A stretch of 64,000 bases of DNA. Origin: Planctomycetota bacterium (GTDB lineage Bacteria > Planctomycetota > SZUA-567 > H5-PLA8). The stretch spans positions 1-64,000 of the forward strand of contig JBBRPR010000033.1 of NCBI GenBank assembly GCA_038227875.1. The letters are read 5' to 3'. Positions 1 to 8,852 of the stretch are shown here, in pieces. Numbering within the stretch: position 1 is the first letter of the stretch; each line of letters begins with the position of its first letter. The translations under genes and the position numbers were made by a program. The notes beneath the pieces are model-generated. The model saw only the letters and a list, made by a program, of their open reading frames with translations. It searched no databases and had not been told where the DNA came from.

Positions 1-109
1 CCGCCGCTCCGCCGCTATCGTCGCCGGCCGAGCTGGTGAGTGCGACCGACGCCGATAGCGACGGAGCAGCGGGGCTCGAGGGGAGCCCTGTTTTAGGAAA
101 AACTCTCAT
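1..109 (-). CDS. possible 5' end of a gene running off the left edge (MRVFPKTGLPSSPAAPSLSASVALTSS...)
   Basis: ATG at 109-107 on the minus strand with an open frame to the window edge; no recognisable motif. Confidence 0.3.
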   Translation of the reverse strand, partial: MRVFPKTGLPSSPAAPSLSASVALTSSAGDDSGGAA

Positions 110-306
110 AACGGCTGGTACATAAAACGGGGGCAGGTCACGAATGGGCCATCTATCTGCTCGATCAAGCGGCGGCGAAGGCCAGCTTTACCTACTCAAT
201 TGTGAGCGGTACAGGTGGCAGGCATTACGGCTATCGCATTCGCCTTCTGGTGTCCGCACATAAGAAAGATGCCGCGCAACACGCGTTAAGTAAGTTTTGA
301 AATGAG

Positions 307-341
307 ACGTGGCGTCGGCTGATTGCCGACGCCACGTTTTT
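307..341. terminator. intrinsic terminator-like hairpin
   Basis: 13-bp perfect stem ACGTGGCGTCGGC/GCCGACGCCACGT, 5-nt loop, T-run on the + side; just downstream of the PhyH-family gene. Confidence 0.7.
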
Positions 342-364
342 GACGATTGGATAGGAGGCCGAAC

Positions 365-1192
365 TCAGACCGCGGCGGTTTTCTTGCCAATCGCCGGCAC
401 GGTGAACGCCTTTTTATCCCACACCAGCGGAAAGTGCTCGCCCTGCAATTGAGCGCCGTCGGCGACTTCGACGAATTTCTTCATGCAGTGTCCGCCGCTG
501 GCGACGTAGACGGTTTTTTCGGTCATGTAATGCACAGCCACCGCGCGGCGTGGACGGCCACGGGTGTTGGCGTGCGAGCCGTGCCAGGTCAAGCCGTGAT
601 GGTAGTGGACTTCACCTTTCTTCACCGGGCGCAGGACGATCTCGAGTTTCTTGCCGTCGAAAGTGGCGGGCATGTCTTTGAATTCCTTGAGCGTATGCAG
701 GAATTCGATGTTGTTGCCCCACAGATGCGAGCCGGGAATCATGCTCATGCAACCGTTGCCTTCGTCGACGTCATCGAGCGCGACCCAAGCGCTGACCTGC
801 TCGGTGATCGGTCCGATATTCGGCCAGTACGGCGCATCCTGATGCCACATGTTGACGCCGCCGTCGCCAGCGGGCTTGTATTGAATCTGATCATGCCAGA
901 CGCGCAGTTGCTTGGCGTCGGTCAGTTGCGCGACTTCTTCGACAATGGTCGGATTGGAGAGCAGTTCGCGGAAAGCGTCGCTGGCTTCCCAGATATTAAC
1001 AATCTGCCAGATCGGCGCTTTGGGATTCCAGTTGGAGATGCCGACGGGCTGCGGCACGTTGGGATTGTCCTTGTTCTCCATCACCCGCGTCAGATCGGCG
1101 CGCATCGCGTCGACTTGGGCGTCAGTGAGGACGCGACCGCTTTTTAGATAGCCTTTGGTTTTGAACTCTGCGACCTGTTCTTTCGTCAGCAT
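365..1192 (-). CDS. phytanoyl-CoA dioxygenase (PhyH) family Fe(II)/2-oxoglutarate oxygenase
   Basis: WHQD iron motif, 'VSAWVALDDVDEGNGCMSMIPGSH', distal 'HGSHAN..RPRRA'. Confidence 0.9.
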   Translation of the reverse strand: MLTKEQVAEFKTKGYLKSGRVLTDAQVDAMRADLTRVMENKDNPNVPQPVGISNWNPKAPIWQIVNIWEASDAFRELLSNPTIVEEVAQLTDAKQLRVWHDQIQYKPAGDGGVNMWHQDAPYWPNIGPITEQVSAWVALDDVDEGNGCMSMIPGSHLWGNNIEFLHTLKEFKDMPATFDGKKLEIVLRPVKKGEVHYHHGLTWHGSHANTRGRPRRAVAVHYMTEKTVYVASGGHCMKKFVEVADGAQLQGEHFPLVWDKKAFTVPAIGKKTAAV

Positions 1193-1314
1193 TTTTCAGC
1201 AGTCCTTTTCAAATGGCAGTTTCGCCGCTCAATTCTGAATTAAACTGTACGCACAATACGCGGTCACGAGCGTCAGAAACATGGACGCACCGCTGAAAAA
1301 AGATGGACGAATCG

Positions 1315-1523
1315 TCGGGTGACGACCCTAAGGCCAGCTGGCCTTAGGTCGATTTCTCCCTTAGTGACTGCAGTCACGAAGGGAGAAGTTCGACCCGTCA
1401 CCGAAGGTCATGCAACAAGCATTTGCAGGCGGGACGCCTGCACCACAATTAACAGTGCACACGTTCCTTGTATGGCTCTGCGCTGAGCGGCCTTTCGACG
1501 AAGTCGAACGGCCAGTCGAAGGG
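1315..1523. other. highly structured intergenic element (candidate ncRNA or cis-regulatory RNA)
   Basis: Nested inverted repeats 1315-1324/1396-1404, 22-bp palindrome 1327-1348, long hairpin 1347-1395, hairpin 1424-1442, alternative hairpins 1489-1523. Confidence 0.4.
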
Positions 1524-1658
1524 TTAAATCTCTGCAAATTTTCAGTTTTGCGTCGACTCGGACTGGAAAGACTGCGGATGCCAATTACCTTTAAGCATTC
1601 AACGTGCATTTAGAAAAGTGGGCCGCGTGGCCAATCCTTTTTCTCAGGGGTGACGAAT

Positions 1659-3626
1659 ATGAGTGATAGCGCACAGGTACTGGGTTCGTACGGAACGGAA
1701 GCACAATCGGACAGTTTGCCGAGCCAGCCCTGCGTCATGCTGATTTTCGGCGCGTCCGGCGATTTGACCAAACGGTTGCTCGTGCCGGCGCTCTACAATC
1801 TCGCCTGCGACGGACTGCTGAACGAAAAGTTCGCGCTCCTGGGCACCGCGATGGACCCGCTGACGACCGAATCGTTCCGCGAACGCATGACCGCAGACAT
1901 CAAGAAATTCCACACCCGCAAGGAATTCGATCCGGTCATCTGGGAAAACCTGGTCAGTCGCTTCCACTACATGCAGGGCGGTTTCGCCGATCTGCCGTTC
2001 TTCCAGAATTTGAAAACCCAGGTCGCCAAGCTCGACGCGCAGTACAAGGTCGGCGGCAATGTGCTCTTCTACTTCGCGACCGCGCCGCGCTTCTTCGGGC
2101 TGATCTGCGACAATCTCCACAAGTCCGGCTTCAAAGATGGCGACGGCTGGAAACGCATCATCGTTGAAAAGCCTTTCGGCACCGATTTGAAATCCGCACT
2201 GCAGCTCAACAAGGAAGTGCTGGCCAACTGGAACGAAGATCAGATTTACCGCGTCGACCATTACCTGGGTAAAGAGACCGTCCAGAATCTGCTCGCGTTC
2301 CGCTTCAGCAACGGCATGTTCGAGCCGCTCTGGAACAAGAACTACATCGACAACATCCAGTTCAACGTCTCGGAAGCCGTCGACGTCGAAGGGCGCGGCG
2401 GTTATTACGATAGCTCCGGCGTGCTGCGCGACATGATGCAGAATCATATGTTCCAGATGCTGGCGTACCTCTGCATGGAAACGCCCGGCTCGTTCGAATC
2501 CGACGCGATCCGCAATGAAAAAGCGAAGCTGCTCCAGGCCGTGCGCAATTACACGCCGGAAGAAGTGGCGCGCTACGTCGTCCGCGGCCAGTACGGCCCG
2601 AACAAGAACGAGAGTGGTGAAGTGGTCAAGCCCGGCTACCGTCAGGAAAAGGACGTCAATCCGGAATCGAAGACCGAAACCTACGCGGCGGCGCGGTATC
2701 ACATCGACAACTGGCGCTGGGAAGGCGTGCCGATCTACCTGCGGTCCGGCAAGGCGCTCTCCAAGCGGGGTACGGAAATCATCGTGGAATTCAAGAAGGC
2801 TCCGGCGGTCATCTTCCGCGGCACGCCGGTCCGGCAGCTCAATCCCAACCGGCTGATTTTCCACATCCAGCCCTTCCAGGGCATCGAAGTGCAATTCCAC
2901 GCGAAGGTGCCGGGTCCGACACTGCAGCTCCAGCCGGTCAACATGCGCTTCAGCTACGGCGATGCGTTCAAGGCGTCGCGCTACACGGGCTACGAAGTGA
3001 TGGTCTATTCCTGTTCGCACGGCGACGCGACGCTCTTCTCGCGCGGCGACCTGGTGGAGGCGGCGTGGAAGGTCGCGCAGCCGATCATGGATTACTGGAC
3101 CGCCACGCCGGCCGATTTCCCGAACTACGCGCGCGGCAGCTGGGGCCCGAAGGTCGCGGCCGATCTGATCGAACGCGACGGGCGGCGCTGGTTTGAACTG
3201 ATCAGCGAAGAAGTGCTCAAGCGCGTGGACCTGTTCAAGGACGCCGATCCGCTGCTGCTCTCGCAGACGATCATGGCGCTGCGCCCGAGAATGGTCGGTG
3301 TGGGCGACGTGCTGATCAAGAAGGGCGATGTCGGCCGCGAGATGTACATGATCGCGCGTGGCGAAGTCGAAGTTGTCGACGATTACGGCTCGGTGTTGAA
3401 GACGCTGAAGGACGGCGATTTCTTCGGCGAAATCGGCATCTTGATGTCCAAGCCGCGCACGGCGACGGTGCGGGCGAAAACGACGTGCGATCTGTTCGTG
3501 CTGGACAAGGCGGATTTCAGCCGCATCCTGCGCGACCACCCGCACTTCGCCGCTCACGTGTTGGAAGTCGCCAAGCAGCGCTACGATTCGAGCATCAAGC
3601 CGGAACAGTTGCTCGCGTCGAAGTAA
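1659..3626 (+). CDS. zwf: glucose-6-phosphate 1-dehydrogenase with C-terminal cyclic-nucleotide-binding domain
   Basis: GASGDL, EKPFG, RVDHYLGKE and RDMMQNH motifs; C-terminal 'GDFFGEIGILMSKPRTATVRA' cNMP cassette; ATG 1659 has an AGGGG RBS (GTG 1650 is an alternative start). Confidence 0.95.
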   Translation: MSDSAQVLGSYGTEAQSDSLPSQPCVMLIFGASGDLTKRLLVPALYNLACDGLLNEKFALLGTAMDPLTTESFRERMTADIKKFHTRKEFDPVIWENLVSRFHYMQGGFADLPFFQNLKTQVAKLDAQYKVGGNVLFYFATAPRFFGLICDNLHKSGFKDGDGWKRIIVEKPFGTDLKSALQLNKEVLANWNEDQIYRVDHYLGKETVQNLLAFRFSNGMFEPLWNKNYIDNIQFNVSEAVDVEGRGGYYDSSGVLRDMMQNHMFQMLAYLCMETPGSFESDAIRNEKAKLLQAVRNYTPEEVARYVVRGQYGPNKNESGEVVKPGYRQEKDVNPESKTETYAAARYHIDNWRWEGVPIYLRSGKALSKRGTEIIVEFKKAPAVIFRGTPVRQLNPNRLIFHIQPFQGIEVQFHAKVPGPTLQLQPVNMRFSYGDAFKASRYTGYEVMVYSCSHGDATLFSRGDLVEAAWKVAQPIMDYWTATPADFPNYARGSWGPKVAADLIERDGRRWFELISEEVLKRVDLFKDADPLLLSQTIMALRPRMVGVGDVLIKKGDVGREMYMIARGEVEVVDDYGSVLKTLKDGDFFGEIGILMSKPRTATVRAKTTCDLFVLDKADFSRILRDHPHFAAHVLEVAKQRYDSSIKPEQLLASK

Positions 3627-3653
3627 ATCGAGAACGCGTGAATCCAACCAAAG

Positions 3654-3684
3654 CGGGAGGCGCAATGCGCCTCCCGGTTTTTTT
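3654..3684 (+). terminator. rho-independent terminator
   Basis: CGGGAGGCGC-AAT-GCGCCTCCCG followed by GTTTTTTT, after zwf. Confidence 0.85.
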
Positions 3685-3743
3685 CGCGTCATGTTCGAAG
3701 TGTTGATCTTTAACCATCAGGCCAATTGGCCTGAAGGTCCGCG

Positions 3744-5975
3744 CTACTTTGCAGAGCGCTCGACTTTGCCATCGGCGGTGATGCGGTATTCAATGGGCTT
3801 CTCTCCGCCGCTGACGGTGACGCTCTGAATCTTTCCGGCGTCGTCGGCTTTGACTTCCGCGGTGAGCTTGAACGCGGGCGCGCCGGTGGTGGGCTTCGGA
3901 GCCAACTCCACAAGCGTCACGGTGTAATGGACGGGCGTTTTCGAAACGGCGTGAAGGCCGGTGAGCGGGAAGTTGGTGTTGTACCATTTCGGGCCGTACT
4001 CACCGGGCACCTGCGTCGCGGTCTGGCCGCCGGGCAGGATCACGCGAATCCGCGACGCCAGCGCCGGTCCGCGAAAGTAGACGGCTTCGGCCTTCTCAGT
4101 ATCGATCTCAGCCGTGACGACTTTTGCCGCGTCGCCTTCCCACGGTTTCTTTGACTTCACGCCTTCGTTCTCGCGGCCGGTGACGCTGCCGTTGCCCCAC
4201 CAGCAGAGTTTCACGCGGCGGGCGTCGTTGAGGCGATCGACGATCAGGATGCAGGAATCGCCGGGCACGATGACCGTCCGGCGGTGCGCGGGCGTGGTCA
4301 TTTCCAGCACGCGGAATTCGCCGAGATCGTCCTTCACGGATTCCGCGCGCGAGAGGCGGTCGTGCGGACCGTACTCCTTGAAGACCGGCAGCACAAATTT
4401 GCCGCTGTCGCCCGGTTCTTCGACACAGAGCGTGTTGCGGTGCTCCCAACCGGTGAACGTATCGTTGACGGATTTGTTGGCGAAGCCTTTCGGACCGTAC
4501 GCAGGATCGACGAGCACGACTTCGCCGTCGCGGTAGGCGACGACTTCGCCGTTGTCGGAGTGCGTGTGCCCGCTGAGCGACGGCGTGCCGTCTTTCTCCA
4601 GCGGCGTTTCGAAATTTTTGGCGAAGACGGAGAGCGCTTTTTCGTTCTCGCCGGAAGTTCGCGCGACGCCGATGCCATCGTGCTTGATGCCCGCAATCAG
4701 CGGCAACGGCGGCGGCGCTTTGCCGTCGTTGAGTTCATCCAGAATGGGATGCGCCAGGAGCAATGAATGCGAGCGGATTTCGTTGCGCTTGACCGAGGCA
4801 ATCATCTCCGCGCGATCGGCGTCGGGATACTTGATCCACGCCGCCGCAAGCATGACGGGGACGGAATATTCATCGGGGTAAGTCCACGTATCATCGACGG
4901 GCACGCACGTCCACTCGGCCACCTTGTCTTTTCGTCCGGTCGGCGCGCACCAGATTGTGTGCGCGCGGCAGAAGCGCGAAATGGGGCCGCCGTCTTTCAG
5001 CAGGTTGAGCGGATCGTTGGGAAACGCGCGCGACCAGGCCACGCCAAACGCCAGACCGTACTCCACCCAGTAGCGCAGGTAGTGCGGGCCTTCGTAGTAA
5101 TTGCAGAATGCGCCGTCGCCGCGTGCCGGGCCGCCCCAGCCGTTAAGGTACTTCGGGAACAGATCGCGTAGCGCTTTCAGGCCATCAAGGTAGTCGTTGG
5201 ATCGGGGCGAGAATTGAGGTTCCTTTTCATACTGATCACGCAGCGACAGCAGGGCCAGACCGACGCCGGAGAATTCGCGCGAGTTCCAATTGTTGCCGAT
5301 TGGACCGGTGGCGTCTTTCCAGCCCTGATAGCTGCGGAGATGATTGACCAAAAGCCGCACCACGCCGTTGGAGAGCTTGTTGTAAAACAGCGCGAGATCC
5401 TCGTCCTTCAAACCCGCCGCGCGGACTTCCGGCGTCGCGAGCAGGTCGTAGGCGATGGCGTAATTCCACAACGAGACGCTGGCTTCGAGATAACGGTTCC
5501 ACTGGCCGGGTTTATTCGGCTCACCTTTGTCCGTGAGGAAATCGTACTTCATCAGTTCAGGCTCGGTGATCGCGCCGATAGCGCTGCGGATGGAATCGAT
5601 ATAGGTGGTCTTCTTCTCTTTCGGCGCGTGCGGGTATTCGCCGCTGGGATCAAGCCATGTAAGGATGGCGAGCTTCATCACCAGGTCGCTGCGTCGCTCT
5701 TCGTTGCTCTTGACCAGGCTTTCTTCGGCGCGGAATTCAAAGCGGTAATTGGCGAGCAGATTTTTGACCGGATCGGTGCTGTTCTTGTCTTCCGCGGTGG
5801 GCGTGAAGCTTGGTTTTCCCGGGGCGACCCGCTTGAGAATCGCGGTGCGATCCTCAGGGTTGTAAGTCAGCACGGGCCGCGCGAGCGAACCTTCCGGCGC
5901 TTCGCCGTCCTGAGCCGCGAGCGATGACCAGATTAAGCTCAACAGTATGGAAGTGTAGAAAATGCGGATCAGCAC
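3744..5975 (-). CDS. secreted heparinase II/III-like polysaccharide lyase
   Basis: Signal peptide; 'GNNWN', 'YYEGPHYLRY', 'GHTHSDNG...LVDPAYG', 'HRNTL' resemble Hepar_II_III/oligoalginate lyase motifs. Confidence 0.7.
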   Translation of the reverse strand: MLIRIFYTSILLSLIWSSLAAQDGEAPEGSLARPVLTYNPEDRTAILKRVAPGKPSFTPTAEDKNSTDPVKNLLANYRFEFRAEESLVKSNEERRSDLVMKLAILTWLDPSGEYPHAPKEKKTTYIDSIRSAIGAITEPELMKYDFLTDKGEPNKPGQWNRYLEASVSLWNYAIAYDLLATPEVRAAGLKDEDLALFYNKLSNGVVRLLVNHLRSYQGWKDATGPIGNNWNSREFSGVGLALLSLRDQYEKEPQFSPRSNDYLDGLKALRDLFPKYLNGWGGPARGDGAFCNYYEGPHYLRYWVEYGLAFGVAWSRAFPNDPLNLLKDGGPISRFCRAHTIWCAPTGRKDKVAEWTCVPVDDTWTYPDEYSVPVMLAAAWIKYPDADRAEMIASVKRNEIRSHSLLLAHPILDELNDGKAPPPLPLIAGIKHDGIGVARTSGENEKALSVFAKNFETPLEKDGTPSLSGHTHSDNGEVVAYRDGEVVLVDPAYGPKGFANKSVNDTFTGWEHRNTLCVEEPGDSGKFVLPVFKEYGPHDRLSRAESVKDDLGEFRVLEMTTPAHRRTVIVPGDSCILIVDRLNDARRVKLCWWGNGSVTGRENEGVKSKKPWEGDAAKVVTAEIDTEKAEAVYFRGPALASRIRVILPGGQTATQVPGEYGPKWYNTNFPLTGLHAVSKTPVHYTVTLVELAPKPTTGAPAFKLTAEVKADDAGKIQSVTVSGGEKPIEYRITADGKVERSAK

Positions 5976-6032
5976 GGGTGAGAAAACTCCTCTTTATGGT
6001 TGTGAGCTGAGTACACCGCGAAGCGCGCGCGT

Positions 6033-7301
6033 TCAGGAATTGCCATCGGCAAGAATTTGAGGCGCGCGCACCTTCGGCGTGGGTGTGGTCGTTGCGCCAA
6101 CACTGCCGTGTTCTGCGCGCGGCAGGAGCAGTCGCCGCGTCTTGCAGAACGTGACCAGCGCGAGCTGAATGCAGAGCGTCACGGCGAGAATCGCGGGCAA
6201 CACGAAGAACGGCATCTTCAGCGCGGCGATCGTCTCCATGCCGGAATCTTTGGCGTGCTGCACCGCCAGACCGGCGAACCACGGCAGCACCTGCGCGAAG
6301 CCGACGAATCCTTCGTGAATGGTCGTGGCATTGCGCCGCGAGGTGAACCATTCGGTCGCCGCAAGGATGGCTGATTGAAAGCCCGTCGCGGTGACGACGC
6401 CGGCAACCAGCATGGCCGCGGTGAGGATCGCCAGGTTGGTCGTCAGCCCGAACGCCAGCGACGTGGCGATCAGCGCGCCGCTCATCAGCGCGTACATGCG
6501 GCGGCTGCCGAGGAAGCGTTCGTACACCGCGCCGAAGAGGAATGCGGTGAGTTGCCCGCCTAGCGCCACGGCGCAGAACAGGCCCATGCGGCTGGCGTCG
6601 AAGTTCAGCGCTTTGTTCAGCTCGGGATAGTTGAAACTGATCATCACGCGCGTGCCCAGCGCGGTGACGTTGGCGATAATGCCGGCCAGGAGAATCGGAA
6701 AGCCGATCGGATCGCGCGTGGACGCTGCCGGAACCGGAGCATCGTCGGAGATTTTTAAATGGGAGCGCGGACCGGGCGTCAGCAGCGGACCGATGCACGA
6801 CAATGCCGTCACCGCGACGCTGATGAAAAACGTATACGCGCGAAATCCTTCCGAACAGAGCACCCCGGCCAGATACATGCCCAGCGCCGCGCCGCTGGTC
6901 CAGCCGGCGTTGTAAACTCGCAGCAGGCGCGTGCGGGGGATGTTGTCGTTTTCGAGCATCCACGCGGCGGTGAAGGGCCAGAAAGCGCCGAGCGCGATGC
7001 CATAAACAAACTGTGAGAGCACCAGCGGCCAGAGCGTGTGGAACGTCGCGATGCCAAGTACCGCCGCGACGCTGACGACGGTGCCGGCGAGCATCACGCG
7101 CTTGCCGCAGACGTTGTGAAAGAGCTGGCCCAATCCGATGCAACCGACGGCGTAGCCAAACGGCTGCGCGGCGGTCAACATGCCGATCTGGTCGCTGGTC
7201 ATGTGGTAGAAAAGCGCGGTCTGAGGCAGCGCGACGACGACGATGCCACTTCCCACGGAGAACGCAAACGTGGCGGAGGCCAGTTGATAGGCATGTTTCA
7301 T
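6033..7301 (-). CDS. MFS transporter
   Basis: About 12 hydrophobic helices in two halves; 'CGKRVMLAG' and 'LGSRRMY' loop motifs; probable start MKHAYQ at 7301. Confidence 0.8.
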   Translation of the reverse strand: MKHAYQLASATFAFSVGSGIVVVALPQTALFYHMTSDQIGMLTAAQPFGYAVGCIGLGQLFHNVCGKRVMLAGTVVSVAAVLGIATFHTLWPLVLSQFVYGIALGAFWPFTAAWMLENDNIPRTRLLRVYNAGWTSGAALGMYLAGVLCSEGFRAYTFFISVAVTALSCIGPLLTPGPRSHLKISDDAPVPAASTRDPIGFPILLAGIIANVTALGTRVMISFNYPELNKALNFDASRMGLFCAVALGGQLTAFLFGAVYERFLGSRRMYALMSGALIATSLAFGLTTNLAILTAAMLVAGVVTATGFQSAILAATEWFTSRRNATTIHEGFVGFAQVLPWFAGLAVQHAKDSGMETIAALKMPFFVLPAILAVTLCIQLALVTFCKTRRLLLPRAEHGSVGATTTPTPKVRAPQILADGNS

Positions 7302-7554
7302 TCGGACGGAAAGCTCACTGGAGGATGCATTGCAGACTGCACATTCTATCTCGCCCTGTGGGAACACCAACGGAATTCCGCGCAAGGAGCGGTCTGGAAA
7401 TCCGTTTGCTTGACAGATCTATGGAGACGAGGAAAAATCAATCGCAGCAAGGAGATGGGAATGGAGTCTATGAATTAAAGGTAAGAACACGTCACACGAT
7501 GTACATCTTATTGTCTCTATAGTGGACAAACAGAGCGGGGGAGTGGAGAGCGGC

Positions 7555-8778
7555 ATGTACGACGGCAGAAGGACTAAAAAGTATTGGAGTGTACTTTTCG
7601 TGGCGCTGGCGCTGCTCGCATCACGCACGTGGTGCGATGACAAAGTTCAAGACGACGCTCAGCAGTTGCGCGACGAAGCCACGGAAATTTTGAAGCACAA
7701 CGCCACCAAACCGGTATCACCAAACGAATTCGCGATGGCGATTTACCGCCTGGAAAAAGCGCAGGCGATCCTTGAAGCGGCCAAAGACAACGATTGTCCG
7801 CTGGCTCAGGAAGTCTGCTCCGCATTGTTCTGGGCGCGAAAGTGTTCCAACGTGATCATCATGAAGGAACTCGACAAAATTCACGCCGCCAATCCCGCGC
7901 TGAAACTGGCCTCGCAGGATCCCAAGCCCAAGACCACCGTCGAAAAAGTCGACAAGAAGGCCGATGCCGATGGCCTGCCGGAGGTGGATTCCCAGGCCGA
8001 AATCAAAACCGCGTTCGCCGCGGTGGAAGAATTCGCCAAAGCACACCAGGGCGACGATTACGTCATCTCGATGCGCTACTTTCAATTCGTGAACGAATAC
8101 CCCGGCAACGATTACGCGCTGAAGGCCGTGATGCTCGCCAACGAAGCGCAGATGCGCTTTGCCGTGAAAAACGGGGTTGGGCCCAAAGAAGAGCTCGTCG
8201 ACGGCCCGGAAGCGAAGCTGATCGCTGAAGGCGACAAGCTCGCGCTGGACAAGAAATTCGAAGCCGCGATTGCCAAGTACAAGGATTCGCTGCGCGCCAA
8301 GGACACGCTGACCGGCCACCGCAAACTCGGCCACGCCTATTATCAGCGTGCGCAGCAGCGCAAAGAAGAGATCAACAAGGAGTTCGAAGACTTCCTGCCG
8401 AAGTACCAGGAAGCGTACAAGGCGTCCTTCTTTCGCGAAGGCACCAGCAAAAACAATCCGCCCCGCTTCAACCCGCTCACGCCGATCTGGCAGGCCGCGA
8501 AAAAGCGCCACGGCGAAATTCTGGCAGAAGCCGAACACGTCTGGACGATCTACGTCTACGGCCAGTGGGAGTTTGAAAAGATCCTGAAGATGGCGCCCGA
8601 GCACAAGGATTTCGACGCCGCCGCCTACGAAGGCATCACGCTCAGCGCCCGCGTGGAAGACAAGAGCAAGGCCGTCGCGTACCTGTCAAAGTTCCTGAAA
8701 GAGTATGAGCCGGCCAACGACATGCAGAAGTTCGTCTACGAATATTGCAAGACAGAGTTGGACCGGATCTCGCACTGA
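7555..8778 (+). CDS. secreted all-helical/TPR-like hypothetical protein
   Basis: Signal peptide, host-like codon bias, TPR-like 'FEAAIAKYKDSL...LGHAYYQR'. Confidence 0.75.
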   Translation: MYDGRRTKKYWSVLFVALALLASRTWCDDKVQDDAQQLRDEATEILKHNATKPVSPNEFAMAIYRLEKAQAILEAAKDNDCPLAQEVCSALFWARKCSNVIIMKELDKIHAANPALKLASQDPKPKTTVEKVDKKADADGLPEVDSQAEIKTAFAAVEEFAKAHQGDDYVISMRYFQFVNEYPGNDYALKAVMLANEAQMRFAVKNGVGPKEELVDGPEAKLIAEGDKLALDKKFEAAIAKYKDSLRAKDTLTGHRKLGHAYYQRAQQRKEEINKEFEDFLPKYQEAYKASFFREGTSKNNPPRFNPLTPIWQAAKKRHGEILAEAEHVWTIYVYGQWEFEKILKMAPEHKDFDAAAYEGITLSARVEDKSKAVAYLSKFLKEYEPANDMQKFVYEYCKTELDRISH

Positions 8779-8852
8779 GGCTTGGTCGGCGAGTTTTTAA
8801 ATCTCACGCAAAGCCGCAAAGACGCCAAGAACTGCTTATTAAAAATTGGCGT

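Noticed and set aside
198..213. AATTGTGAGCGG, matching a lac operator half-site (vector contamination?)
   Set aside because: Only the left 12 bp match, with no second half-site or vector context; chance or a native LacI-type site.
1644..3692. Long antisense ORFs (also 19710-21848, 24404-26854, 40508-42781, 48777-50360, 51713-53269, 59650-61371)
   Set aside because: Shadow frames of high-GC genes with no motifs; the opposite strand has clear family signatures.
8804..8829. CACGCAAAGCCGCAAAGACGCCAAG short repeat
   Set aside because: A single short degenerate tract with no partner copy seen in the window.
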